Shown here: positions 10,020-19,959 of the stretch, one piece after another | How positions within the stretch are numbered: position 1 is the stretch's first letter | Layout: every line of letters starts with the position of its first letter | Source: Candidatus Limnocylindrales bacterium | GTDB taxonomy: Bacteria; Moduliflexota; Moduliflexia; Moduliflexales; JAUQPW01 | Assembly (NCBI GenBank): GCA_035559535.1 | Contig: DATMBG010000021.1 | Coordinates: 62,001-126,000, forward strand | Direction: 5' to 3' | Length of the DNA stretch: 64,000 nucleotides | Made by a program: the position numbers and the translations under genes | The notes under the pieces: generated by a model | Told to the model about the DNA's origin: nothing | Database searches by the model: none | The model's input: only the letters and a program-made list of their open reading frames with translations

Positions 10020-10865
10020 TTAACCTTTCACCGCCCCTGTTAATCCAGTTACATAATGTTCTACAAAAAATGAATAGATTAAGGCTACCGGTATAGAACC
10101 GAATAAGGCTCCTGCCATCAGAGAGCCCCAGAAGAAGACATCTCCTTTGATGAGTTCGCTGACCACACCTACCGGGATGGTTTTCTGGGTAGGAGAGGAG
10201 AGAAACACCAGAGCGTAGATGAACTCATTCCAGGAAAGGGTAAAAGCAAACATACCCGCCGATAGGATCCCCGGGGTAGCCAGAGGCAAAATAATCCAGA
10301 TCATGGCCTGAAGACGTGTTGCTCCGTCTATTCGGGCACACTCTTCCAATTCTTTGGGTATGGTTTTAAAGTAACCTGAAAGGAGCCAGGTACAGAAAGG
10401 AATCAAAAAAGTAGGGTAGGTTAAAATTAAGGCCCAGGGCGTATCCAGTAGATTGAAATTATGAACCACCTCAGCAAGGGGAATAAAAAGCAAGGTAGGA
10501 GGAACCAGATAGGTTATAAAAATAGCGATTCCCAAAGCCGAAGCTCCTTTGAATCTCAATCGAGACAGAGCATAGCCGGCCATAATGCCACTAATAAGGG
10601 AAATTGCCGTGGAGACAATGGAAATAAAGAGTGTATTTAAAGCCCATCGGGTAAAGAGGGTGTTTTTAAATAGATATTTCCAGTGTTCCAGAGTTGGATT
10701 AAAAACCCAGAACGGAAGGCTTTTCACGTTATAGAGCTCTCGATTAGGTTTAATGGAGGTAATGAACATCCAATAAAAAGGAAAGAGCATCAGGATAGTG
10801 AAAAAAACCAGGGGGATATAAAAGCTAAACAATTTTTTTGTAAAGGTTTCACCGACCGCTGCCAT
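10020..10865 (-). CDS. Carbohydrate ABC transporter permease (MalG-like)
   Basis: IPKELEECARIDGA EAA loop, SWNEFIYAL; start moved to ATG 10865 just after the upstream stop. Confidence 0.9.
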   Translation of the reverse strand: MAAVGETFTKKLFSFYIPLVFFTILMLFPFYWMFITSIKPNRELYNVKSLPFWVFNPTLEHWKYLFKNTLFTRWALNTLFISIVSTAISLISGIMAGYALSRLRFKGASALGIAIFITYLVPPTLLFIPLAEVVHNFNLLDTPWALILTYPTFLIPFCTWLLSGYFKTIPKELEECARIDGATRLQAMIWIILPLATPGILSAGMFAFTLSWNEFIYALVFLSSPTQKTIPVGVVSELIKGDVFFWGSLMAGALFGSIPVALIYSFFVEHYVTGLTGAVKG

Positions 10866-10866
10866 C

Positions 10867-11874
10867 TTACTGCTCCCTTCGTATGTACCAGAGTTGAACG
10901 ATGATGACCAGGAGGAGGAAGGGGAACATAAACAGGGAAATAGCCGCACCTTCTCCAAGTCTTCCAGAGGCTAAAGCAACCTGATAAGCTAAAGTAGCGA
11001 AAAGATGCGTACTGTTAGAGGGTCCTCCTCGGGTTAAAACATAGACAACCTGGAAATCAGCAAAGGTTACAATAACGGAAAAGATAAGAACGACCAATAG
11101 AACCGGCATTAACATGGGAAGTGTGATATGCCAGAATTTAGCAAAGCTCCCGGCTCCATCTATATCTGCCGCTTCATATAAATCTGGAGAAATTGTCTGC
11201 AGACCGGCCAACAGAGAAATAGCGAAGAAGGGAATTCCACGCCAGGCGTTGACAATGATAACCGAAACCATGGCCAGGTGAGGATCTCCCAACCAAACAA
11301 GGCCACGCTTGAGAATTCCCAGATGAACCAGAATCCAATTGAAGACGCTGAAGGTAGCATCGAACATCCATAACCAGGCCAGGGTACTTAAAACGGTCGG
11401 AATGATCCAGGGTAATAGCATGGAGGCCCGAACCAGTCGTTTAAATTTAAAGTGGCGATTAAGCACCAGGGCCAGTGCCAATCCAAAAACTAATTTTAAG
11501 ACGGTGGCAACTCCGGTATAAACAAAGGTATTCTGAACGGTTTGTAGAAATATCTGGCTCTTCAAGATATTACGAAAATTCTGTAATCCTACAAAGTGCC
11601 CCTCATGCCCAACCGTCTTATCGGTTAAGCTTAGCCACACCCCCAAAACAAAGGGATAGGCAATGAAAAGAACCAGAATAATAACCGCCGGAGCTACCAA
11701 TACATAAGCCAGGATATTTTCCCGCTCCAGATATCCGGACTTTAGCTTACCCCGCTTTTTCTCCCCCATTTCCTTGACCGCCGGCCCTACATATTCCACC
11801 GAGGTAAGTTTAGAGTCTGCATAATCTGAGACTTGTTCTACCTGGTTTTCTACGGATTTTACATTGGGTTTCAC
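10867..11874 (-). CDS. Carbohydrate ABC transporter permease (MalF-like)
   Basis: FVGLQNF, LLAGLQTISPDLYEAADIDGA, LTRGGP; exact start uncertain. Confidence 0.9.
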   Translation of the reverse strand: MKPNVKSVENQVEQVSDYADSKLTSVEYVGPAVKEMGEKKRGKLKSGYLERENILAYVLVAPAVIILVLFIAYPFVLGVWLSLTDKTVGHEGHFVGLQNFRNILKSQIFLQTVQNTFVYTGVATVLKLVFGLALALVLNRHFKFKRLVRASMLLPWIIPTVLSTLAWLWMFDATFSVFNWILVHLGILKRGLVWLGDPHLAMVSVIIVNAWRGIPFFAISLLAGLQTISPDLYEAADIDGAGSFAKFWHITLPMLMPVLLVVLIFSVIVTFADFQVVYVLTRGGPSNSTHLFATLAYQVALASGRLGEGAAISLFMFPFLLLVIIVQLWYIRREQ

Positions 11875-11950
11875 GTTTTTTTTGTCCGTTGTTCCTTGCT
11901 ATAAACGATGGATTACCGTTCTTACAACAGGGAACAACAGACAACAGAGG

Positions 11951-13321
11951 TCAGGACTTATAAACGTTACGAAGTTCACTGGCACCCCATTCGATTGCTT
12001 TTTTAGGCGATTCTCCCTGAATAGCCCTGGCAAAAACATCTACAATAATATACTTGGAGAGAGCCTCCGAGGCACTTCGGGTAGGCGGTGCTGGATAACC
12101 AATGGCTTTTCCTAATTTTCCAATATCTTTAAAAGCCAACATACGGGGATCCTTTTGCCATAAGGGATGGTTTTCATGGTCCGGACCCGGAGCCACACTA
12201 TATCCTTCGGCGATTTCAAACCATTTATAGAAATTGGGCTTATCCATTAAAAAGAGAATAAATTCCTTTGCAGCCTCTACGTTGTTAGAGTATTTCATAA
12301 TGGCGTGCTCAAAGGTCACGTGATAGTGAAATCTCCCGGCCGGTCCGGCGGGCATAACCGCATGATTGATTCGTTTGGCTAACTCTGGATACTGCTTCTT
12401 GGCCACAAAGTAAATACTCGCCCCGTTCAGGGTACAAGAGATCTGCTCGGATAAAAAGGCTCGATTGTTACTGGTATCATCCCAGGAAAGTCCCGTCTCA
12501 TCAAAAACGTCTTTCCAAAGCGCCACGATGAATTCGACTGCCTGCAGTGTCTCTTTACTGTCTAAAGCAACCGTCTTTCCATCCTCCTCCACTTCCTTTC
12601 CCCCAAAACTCCACAAGTACGGATAGGCAAAGGCAGGAGCATCTCCAAAAGTATGACCAAAGGTTTGACCAAAGGGGTGCCCTTTATCCTTCAGCATTTT
12701 ACCGACTTTCCTGTATTCGTCCCAATTATCCGGAAACTTTTCGGCTCCAACCTCTTTGAACCAATCTTCCCGATAGGTCATGGCAGCTCCTACAATATGA
12801 TAAGGTACCGCTTTATAACGGCCTTCTACAAAGCTCACATCTCGAATCTGCTTGTAAAACCCTCCATACATCTTTTCTACTTTCTCGGCAACATCATCTA
12901 CATCCACACACCCACTGGCATACAAATACGGCCAGTTATGAAGCATCTGTACAATATCGGGTCCGGTACCACTTTCAATAGCCGATGCAATCCGAGCCTG
13001 TAAATCATTGGCATTGATGGTTTCAATGGTCACTTCAACCCCCATCTGTTTACCCCATTCGGCTGCCTGCCTGCGGATCTCATCATCGGCCGGTGGAACG
13101 AAATTACTCCATTGCAGAAGGTGTAACTTGGTTCCCTTTATAATAGCCGGAGCTGCTATCTTTGGAGTTGTCGTAACCAAAACCCCCTCCGTTAAAGCAG
13201 CTCCTGCAATCAATCCCGCAGTTTTTATAAACTGGCGTCGTGTGAGTCCTCCCTCTATCCCTGGATAGGTTACCTCCTTAACCTCCTGCTCGTAATTTGC
13301 CTGGATATTTATATCACCCAT
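11951..13321 (-). CDS. Carbohydrate ABC transporter solute-binding protein with Tat signal
   Basis: TRRQFIK twin-arginine motif, AIESGTGPDIV, SWDDTSNNRAF; upstream of the permeases; true start may be internal. Confidence 0.88.
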   Translation of the reverse strand: MGDINIQANYEQEVKEVTYPGIEGGLTRRQFIKTAGLIAGAALTEGVLVTTTPKIAAPAIIKGTKLHLLQWSNFVPPADDEIRRQAAEWGKQMGVEVTIETINANDLQARIASAIESGTGPDIVQMLHNWPYLYASGCVDVDDVAEKVEKMYGGFYKQIRDVSFVEGRYKAVPYHIVGAAMTYREDWFKEVGAEKFPDNWDEYRKVGKMLKDKGHPFGQTFGHTFGDAPAFAYPYLWSFGGKEVEEDGKTVALDSKETLQAVEFIVALWKDVFDETGLSWDDTSNNRAFLSEQISCTLNGASIYFVAKKQYPELAKRINHAVMPAGPAGRFHYHVTFEHAIMKYSNNVEAAKEFILFLMDKPNFYKWFEIAEGYSVAPGPDHENHPLWQKDPRMLAFKDIGKLGKAIGYPAPPTRSASEALSKYIIVDVFARAIQGESPKKAIEWGASELRNVYKS

Positions 13322-13740
13322 ACTCTAAAAATTCCCTCCCCTCTGGTACCCCAGAAACTCGCTTTCCCAGACCTCCAATATCTTTTACAGAGATGGAAAG
13401 GATCGATGAAAACGGGTTTCTACCTTTACTAAGTTTCTTAAACGTTACGAAGTTTAGGGGTACCCCCCTTTAATTACTTTGAACCAAAATTTCACATTTC
13501 GTAACGTGTCTTTTTATCCTATTGATTCAATATGACTTCTCTAGGACCTCCTCTCAGGACTATCTAATAAAAACAGTCCCATACATCAGAATCTATGTCA
13601 AGATTTTTTTAATTAAGATTCTAAGGTTTATACGTGAAATTCTATGCGATTTCTCGGTTTGCTACGCAACTCCAGAAAAAAACGTGCTTACAAAATAAAG
13701 TCCTCAAAGGGGAGGGAGAGAGCTCTTTCAGGGGTTTTTT

Positions 13741-13860
13741 TCTAACCTAGCCCTCTAACCCCCTCCCGCATCGGGAAAGGGGAATTTAAGGATGGTCTGG
13801 GTCCCACTTTCTCCTTCCCTGGGAGGAAAGGGGAGCCAGAGGGGTTAGGGAGGAGAAGAG
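13741..13860. repeat. Double-hairpin palindromic repeat (CCCCTcCC..GGgAAGGGG family), copy 1
   Basis: Aligns with 53824-53923 and resembles 61041-61101. Confidence 0.65.
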
Positions 13861-14073
13861 GAGGCTGCCTGCTTAAGGGCGACCACCTAAAGTCACCCTT
13901 ACCCGACAGATAACTGCTTCAGAGGGAATGGACAGGATACAGCCTATTCCCTTCGAAGGGGTAAGAATTATTTTTCCGGGCATAAGGAAATAAGCCAATC
14001 CTATCCCTACAAGTTAGGAATGATCTAAGCCAAGCCCGAAGTGAAGAGGGTAAAGCCATCTCTTTGTTTCCAC

Positions 14074-15324
14074 TCATAAAAGGTTTCCCTCTGAATTTAA
14101 TTGAACCGGTTCCGGTTCGCTCAATGCCGTTACGTGTTTAAGATTTTGGACCTCTTTCCAAAAAGCTTCAGAAACCCTCATTTCGCTGAGCTCTAAAGTG
14201 TTTTTAATCCAAACCACCTTTACCGCTTCCAGCGGATGGATTCCAAGAACGGACAAAGCAATCTCCAGAGCCTCCTGGTCTGTTTCACAGATCAGGGGAA
14301 TTTTACATTTGGCAAGACTTCCACTGGTAATACAATTGATATAAGTTGCCTTATAGTCTATTTTATTAACCGCGCGGCGATGGACTAAATCGGCCAGACC
14401 TATTCCTACAGCGTTTCCCTGGGTCTTTTCGGTCAGGTCCCGAACATAAATTCGGGAGATTTGGGGAGATTGGGATTCGCCGGGGGGAAGAATATCGACC
14501 CTTCCGATGACATTACTGTCCATCCCTGTTCCACTAATCTCCTTACCGATTTCATCAACGATGAGTAAGTCGATTTCCTCGAAAGGCAATTTGGCCATTA
14601 ATTCCCGGGCTTTTTGGAGAAGTTCCGGCTCTCTGGTAGCTATTTCTTCCGGTTTAAGGGCCAAAAGAATGGCCGTTTGATCGTACCCATTCTCCACGAT
14701 TCCTACTCCCAGGAGAATGTTGCAATGCTTTAAGACCATGGAAGCAATGGTTCGAATCGTCTCTAAGGGACCCCATCGAGACATGGCCCGGTGGTAGATT
14801 TCGGCTCCCTGTCGCTTTCCCAACCCGATGGCCATCATTTTCATGAGACCGCTTCCCAACTCTCCTTTAAAATTTGTATGGGGCTTGATCCGATTGATCA
14901 AAATAATTCCGTCTGCTTCCAAAGCATATTTATCTACATAAATAGGGAATCCCTGGGGGGCGGTCCCTACCTGTACTACTTCCATGGAAGAGTAAATGGG
15001 CACACCCATGGTTTCTTCGGAGATTCCGTAGTTTTTCAGCACCTTTCGCTGACCTTCTGCGGTTCCTCCGCCGTGGCTCCCCATAGCCGGAATGATATAA
15101 GGTCGGGTGCCTAAGGCTTTGAGTTCCTTAACAACCGAACCTACGACCACATCGATATTGGCAACTCCACGACTTCCTGCAGCTACGGCTATTCTCATTC
15201 CAGGCTGGACACGACTGGCCAATCTAACCCGAGCGAATTCATCCTGAATGGCGGCAGGGATATCCAAAATCCTAAGCTTCGAGAACTCCTGTCGAATTTT
15301 AAACATCTTGGGAAATAAAAACAT
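14074..15324 (-). CDS. Lactate racemase N-terminal domain / DUF362-like protein
   Basis: RIAVAAGSRGVANI, IPAMGSHGGGTAEGQ, INRIKPHT, SGLMKMMAIGLGK, GKEISGTGMDSNVIGR. Confidence 0.75.
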   Translation of the reverse strand: MFLFPKMFKIRQEFSKLRILDIPAAIQDEFARVRLASRVQPGMRIAVAAGSRGVANIDVVVGSVVKELKALGTRPYIIPAMGSHGGGTAEGQRKVLKNYGISEETMGVPIYSSMEVVQVGTAPQGFPIYVDKYALEADGIILINRIKPHTNFKGELGSGLMKMMAIGLGKRQGAEIYHRAMSRWGPLETIRTIASMVLKHCNILLGVGIVENGYDQTAILLALKPEEIATREPELLQKARELMAKLPFEEIDLLIVDEIGKEISGTGMDSNVIGRVDILPPGESQSPQISRIYVRDLTEKTQGNAVGIGLADLVHRRAVNKIDYKATYINCITSGSLAKCKIPLICETDQEALEIALSVLGIHPLEAVKVVWIKNTLELSEMRVSEAFWKEVQNLKHVTALSEPEPVQLNSEGNLL

Positions 15325-15340
15325 AGAAAGGTTTAGAAAT

Positions 15341-15450
15341 TGGAAGTCAGGAGTCAGAAGTCCGAATAAAGAACAATAACACCCCCATCCTATACCGGCT
15401 TCTGGCTTCCGATTCCTGATTTTATTCTGACTTCTGATTTCTGACTTTCA
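15341..15450. repeat. Inverted pair of GAAGTCA-type heptamer arrays
   Basis: GAAGTCA GGAGTCA GAAGTCC GAATAAA ... TTTATTC TGACTTC TGATTTC TGACTTT. Confidence 0.8.
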
Positions 15451-15451
15451 G

Positions 15452-16678
15452 CTATGAAGCCTTTTTATTGGCCAGATCAAAGGCGTCATGAAGGGCTCGA
15501 ACGGCCTGTTCACCGTATTTTGCCTCTACGACACAAGAAATTCGAATTTCAGAGGTACTGATCATTAAAATGTTGATACCTTCTTTAGCCAGGGCCTGAA
15601 ATACCTTTGCTGCAACTCCCACATGATTACGCATACCCACGCCAATAGCAGATACTTTAGCAATATTAGGATCGAACAAAACCTTCGTGGCACCCAGTTC
15701 CTTCCCTATTTCCTCGGTTAGCTTTAGAGCTTTTTTACCATCCTCCTTTGAGATGGTAAAAGAAATGTCGGCCAAACCGTTATCACTAGTATTCTGTATA
15801 ATCATATCCACATTGATATTATCCCTGGCAATTGCTTCAAACAACTTTGCGGCTATACCCGGCCGGTCCGGGATTCCTTTGATGGTAATCTTTACCTCGT
15901 TTTTGGTGTGGGCAATCCCTGTTACAACAATGTCCTCCATACTTGAGTCCTCTTGAATGACTAAGGTTCCCTCCTCTTTCTTAAAGCTAGAGCGAACATG
16001 GATAGGAACGTTATATTTTTTTGCAAAGGCTACCGATCGGATTTGTAACACTTTAGCTCCCAGGCTGGCCATTTCCAGCATTTCATCATAGGAGATTCGA
16101 CTGAGTTTTCTGGCTTCAGGCACAATATGGGGATCTGTGGTATAGACTCCATCTACATCGGTGTATATTTCACAAATATCGGCACCGATGGCTGCTGCAA
16201 TCGCTACGCCGGTTGTATCAGAGCCTCCACGTCCCAAGGTTGTAATTTCTCCGTTTTCATCGATACCCTGGAATCCAGCAACCACCACCACTTTACCCTG
16301 ATTGAGCTCCCGGAAGATGCGTTCAGAGTCGATTTCCCGAATTCGAGCCTTGGTATGTGCGCTATCCGTTATAATCCGGACCTGCTGCCCGGTAAAGGAA
16401 CGAGCGTCCTGCCCTTTAGCCTGCAAAGCCATGGCCAGCAAAGCTATGGAAACCTGTTCTCCCGTAGCCAGCAACATATCCAGTTCCCGTCCATCCGGGG
16501 TATCTGTTATTTGATAGGCCATATTCAAAAGCTTATCGGTCTCTCCACTCATGGCTGAGACCACTACAATGACATCGTGTCCTTGCTTTTTGGTTTCAAT
16601 AATCCGATCTGCAACCTTCTTAATTCGTTCGATATTACCGACCGAAGTCCCTCCAAATTTTTGAACAATGAGTGCCAT
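15452..16678 (-). CDS. lysC: Aspartate kinase
   Basis: [31 protein letters not shown], two ACT domains, ISTSEIRIS. Confidence 0.97.
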   Translation of the reverse strand: MALIVQKFGGTSVGNIERIKKVADRIIETKKQGHDVIVVVSAMSGETDKLLNMAYQITDTPDGRELDMLLATGEQVSIALLAMALQAKGQDARSFTGQQVRIITDSAHTKARIREIDSERIFRELNQGKVVVVAGFQGIDENGEITTLGRGGSDTTGVAIAAAIGADICEIYTDVDGVYTTDPHIVPEARKLSRISYDEMLEMASLGAKVLQIRSVAFAKKYNVPIHVRSSFKKEEGTLVIQEDSSMEDIVVTGIAHTKNEVKITIKGIPDRPGIAAKLFEAIARDNINVDMIIQNTSDNGLADISFTISKEDGKKALKLTEEIGKELGATKVLFDPNIAKVSAIGVGMRNHVGVAAKVFQALAKEGINILMISTSEIRISCVVEAKYGEQAVRALHDAFDLANKKAS

Positions 16679-16830
16679 ATGAGGATCCAGCTACAAAGAC
16701 ACTAAAATACCGACCTTGAGGAAAGGTTGGGAAGGGAAGCCTGGGTTTTCACCCTTCCGTTCTAGATCCCTCATCTGTGTATCTTCGTGACTTTGCGGCT
16801 GAATAATCACTTTACCTTTACGAATCGACT

Positions 16831-17850
16831 CTACAACTTTCCTTCTCGGATCAGCAGTTCGGCAATTTGAATTGCGTTGAGTGCAGCCCCTTTGCGGAGA
16901 TTATCCGCCACAATCCACATATTTAACCCATTGGGAATCGTCTTATCTTCTCGAATGCGTCCTACATACACCTCATCTCTACCTGCCACATCGATGGCCA
17001 GAGGATACTCTCGCTGTTTGGGATTATCATAGACCACAACCCCGGGGGCTTTAGAGAGAATATCCCGGACTTCCTGTGCGGTTAGCTTCTTTTCGGTCTC
17101 TATATTGACCGACTCCGAATGACAATGGAAGACCGGAACCCGAACCGTTGTAGCCGTGACACGGATTGAATCGTCTTCCATAATCTTCTTGGTTTCGTTG
17201 ATCATTTTCCATTCTTCTTTAGAGTAACCGTCCTCCAGGAACTCATCGATATGAGGAAGACAATTGAAGGCAATTTGATGAGGGTAGACTTTACAGACAA
17301 TCTCTCTGAAGTTTAAGAGGGCCTTAGTCTGCTCTAATAACTCATCCATTCCTTTTTTACCGGTACCTGAAACGGATTGATAAGTCGAGACCACGATTCT
17401 TTTGATTTTAGCCCGATCATGGATCGGCTTCAAAGCAACGACCATTTGAATGGTTGAGCAATTGGGGTTTGCAATAAGTCCACGATGACGCAGAGCGGCT
17501 TGAGGGTTGACTTCAGGTACCACCAAAGGAACCTCCGGATCCATTCGGAAGGCACTGGTATTGTCGATGACAACCACTCCCTCTTTTACGGCAATGGGAG
17601 CAAATCGTTTACTCACACTGGCCCCCGGAGAAAAGAGACCTATTTCGATACCTTTAAAGGAATCTTCTTTAAGCTCTTCCACCGGAATTTCTTCCTCTTT
17701 GAATTCTAGCTTTCTTCCTACAGATTTACTGGATGCAAATAACCTTAAAGTCCGAACCGGAAAGTTTCGCTCTTCCAGGATCTTAATCATCTCGTTTCCA
17801 ACGGCACCGGTGGCACCAACCACCGCAACATGGTAACCTTGCGCGCTCAT
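16831..17850 (-). CDS. asd: Aspartate-semialdehyde dehydrogenase
   Basis: VVGATGAVG, IDNTSAFRM, ANPNCSTIQ, DNLRKGAALNAIQIAE. Confidence 0.97.
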   Translation of the reverse strand: MSAQGYHVAVVGATGAVGNEMIKILEERNFPVRTLRLFASSKSVGRKLEFKEEEIPVEELKEDSFKGIEIGLFSPGASVSKRFAPIAVKEGVVVIDNTSAFRMDPEVPLVVPEVNPQAALRHRGLIANPNCSTIQMVVALKPIHDRAKIKRIVVSTYQSVSGTGKKGMDELLEQTKALLNFREIVCKVYPHQIAFNCLPHIDEFLEDGYSKEEWKMINETKKIMEDDSIRVTATTVRVPVFHCHSESVNIETEKKLTAQEVRDILSKAPGVVVYDNPKQREYPLAIDVAGRDEVYVGRIREDKTIPNGLNMWIVADNLRKGAALNAIQIAELLIREGKL

Positions 17851-18253
17851 TCTTGTTCAACTCCTGTTAAATATCCATCGGATTTTGAAATTTGCCATCG
17901 AAGGTAGAGAGCACTTTATGAGTGCTCTTACCTTTAAATCCTCGCTGGCATATTTCTTAAAGGGATTGGACCTAGGATCTTAAAACATTTTAATACAGAA
18001 GTAATGTAATATCGTAATTTCCAAAATCAAATTTTTGCAAGCAAAATTCTACATCTTTTTAAGCCGAAATAGCCTGGAACTGGGTTCTACCTGTCCGACC
18101 CTCGCTAATTTTTTCTGGATCGATTTGCGAGTATTCTTGGGTTCAGCACGAATTTTGAATCAACTTAGCCATTGTTTTATTTTGGGAAGAATTCCGTTTT
18201 TGACGTTAATCGATGCCAGCTATTACCCCATTACCCCGAGGAGGGGGTAGTTT

Positions 18254-19906
18254 ATGGAGCAAGAAAAAAAAATAAGGGTCGGAGATATTGTGCGGGAATA
18301 TAACCTCATAACCGAAGACCAATTAAATCTGGCCCTTAAAGAATCTAAAAAAACCGGAAAACGCTTAGGAGAAGCTCTGATCAGTCTGGGCCTGGTAACG
18401 GAAGGACAGCTTAACTGGGCTTTATCTCACCACCTCCATATCCCTCTTATAGAAAATTTAGACTTTAATACGCTGGATTTAGATTTAATTCGAAGTATTC
18501 CCCGGGAGGTTCTTCTCACCTACAGGGTTCTTCCCCTGGCAATTTTGGACGATGAAATGGCCGTAGCCATGGCAGACCCCACCGACTCAAAAGCTATAGA
18601 ACGACTGGAAAGTATTACCGGGCGAAAGGTAAGACCTTCCATTGCTTCGGCCAGTCACATTTCGGCCGTTCTCTCCGAGTTTTTTGCCATTCCGGAACAA
18701 GAATACCGATTAGAATCCAGGGAGATTCAATCCTCAAGGGTTCCGCGGACCCATTTTGACCTGAAAGAAAACTTTTCCGGATCCTCTTTCCTGAACTTTC
18801 ATCTGACCCAGGCCATTTCTGAAGATGCCGAGGAGATTCATATAGATCCCGTAGAAGAGGCTTTGTGGGTCAGATATAGAGTAAAAGGAACCTTAGAACA
18901 TAAGTCTAAGGAATCTCTGGCATTTCACGAACCTGTCCTCCAGCAGTTACGGATTATGGGAAAGCTGCCTACCCTGGAGACTTCCTGGCAAAAAGCCGAG
19001 GTGAAGGTTCAGTTTAACGACCGGGAGTTCTACCTGGGTATTTCTATTTTTCCCACCCGACGGGGAGAGGCAGTCTGGATAAAAATCCTCAAAGAGCCTC
19101 CAAAGCCTCAAGAAAACCCGCTTTCTCCAATTCTGACCTCCGCCACGAGAAAATTTTCTTCCCGTTCCAACGGCTTATTCCTGGTTACCGGTTCCTTTCT
19201 TTCTGAAAGAAATTTTATTCTATCCGAATTGATGAGACAACTGGAATCTCCGGCCAGAAAGATCTTCGTTTTGGAAAAAAATGCGCTCCTTTCTCTCTGT
19301 GAAGGAGTCCAGGTGGTAAGCCCTCTGCCTAAGGAACCTTCAGATGAAAAAGCCTTGGAAGAACTTCTGAGTTTAAATCCAGAGGTTTTAGTCCTTGCAG
19401 AACCGGAGATTTTTTGGAATTTCCTCACCCCAGTCTTATGGGAGGCAGCCTCTTCCAGCACCTTAATTATCGGTACCCTCCCTTACAAAGATAGCGGGGA
19501 AGCCCTGGAGAATTTGTTACAAAAGATCAAGCCGATCTTTTTAGATCTGACGCTCCGATATGTCATAGCCGGAAACAGGTTTAAAAGGCTTTGCCAGGAG
19601 TGTCGGGAAAGTTACATCCCTTCCGCTGAGATACGAACTTTCCTAAATTTAGATGCAGACACCCATCTTTACCATACGAAGGGATGCGAGAAATGTAACT
19701 TTACGGGGGTCAATGGAGAAGTGAAGCTTTATGAACTTCTGGAGATAGATCGGGGAATTTTTACCGGCCTTCAGGGTACCGCCTTAACCCGTATACGGAA
19801 AGTTATCTTAGAGCGTATAAAAAATCCCATTGAGAAACAAGCCCTACAAAAACTGAAGGAAGGCCTGCTGTCCAAGGAAGAAGTTATTCTCAAGGTTCTT
19901 AACTAA
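18254..19906 (+). CDS. PilB/GspE-family protein with MshEN domain; ATPase motifs degenerate (pseudo-ATPase)
   Basis: RLGEALISLGLVTEGQLNWAL, VAMADP, EIHIDP..VRYRVKG, PTRRGEAVWI, RLCQEC..GCEKC; Walker A position reads VTGSFLSERNF. Confidence 0.8.
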   Translation: MEQEKKIRVGDIVREYNLITEDQLNLALKESKKTGKRLGEALISLGLVTEGQLNWALSHHLHIPLIENLDFNTLDLDLIRSIPREVLLTYRVLPLAILDDEMAVAMADPTDSKAIERLESITGRKVRPSIASASHISAVLSEFFAIPEQEYRLESREIQSSRVPRTHFDLKENFSGSSFLNFHLTQAISEDAEEIHIDPVEEALWVRYRVKGTLEHKSKESLAFHEPVLQQLRIMGKLPTLETSWQKAEVKVQFNDREFYLGISIFPTRRGEAVWIKILKEPPKPQENPLSPILTSATRKFSSRSNGLFLVTGSFLSERNFILSELMRQLESPARKIFVLEKNALLSLCEGVQVVSPLPKEPSDEKALEELLSLNPEVLVLAEPEIFWNFLTPVLWEAASSSTLIIGTLPYKDSGEALENLLQKIKPIFLDLTLRYVIAGNRFKRLCQECRESYIPSAEIRTFLNLDADTHLYHTKGCEKCNFTGVNGEVKLYELLEIDRGIFTGLQGTALTRIRKVILERIKNPIEKQALQKLKEGLLSKEEVILKVLN

Positions 19907-19959
19907 AATCTAAAGTCGAGGCATCCGGATGGGATGCCCTTACCGGGAGGAATTTTAAG

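Noticed and set aside
17851-18030. Lysine riboswitch upstream of asd-lysC
   Set aside because: Only one hairpin; no L-box conserved segments recognised
18254-19906. Calling the PilB-like gene a pseudogene
   Set aside because: No frameshift or stop, and the MshEN and Zn motifs are retained
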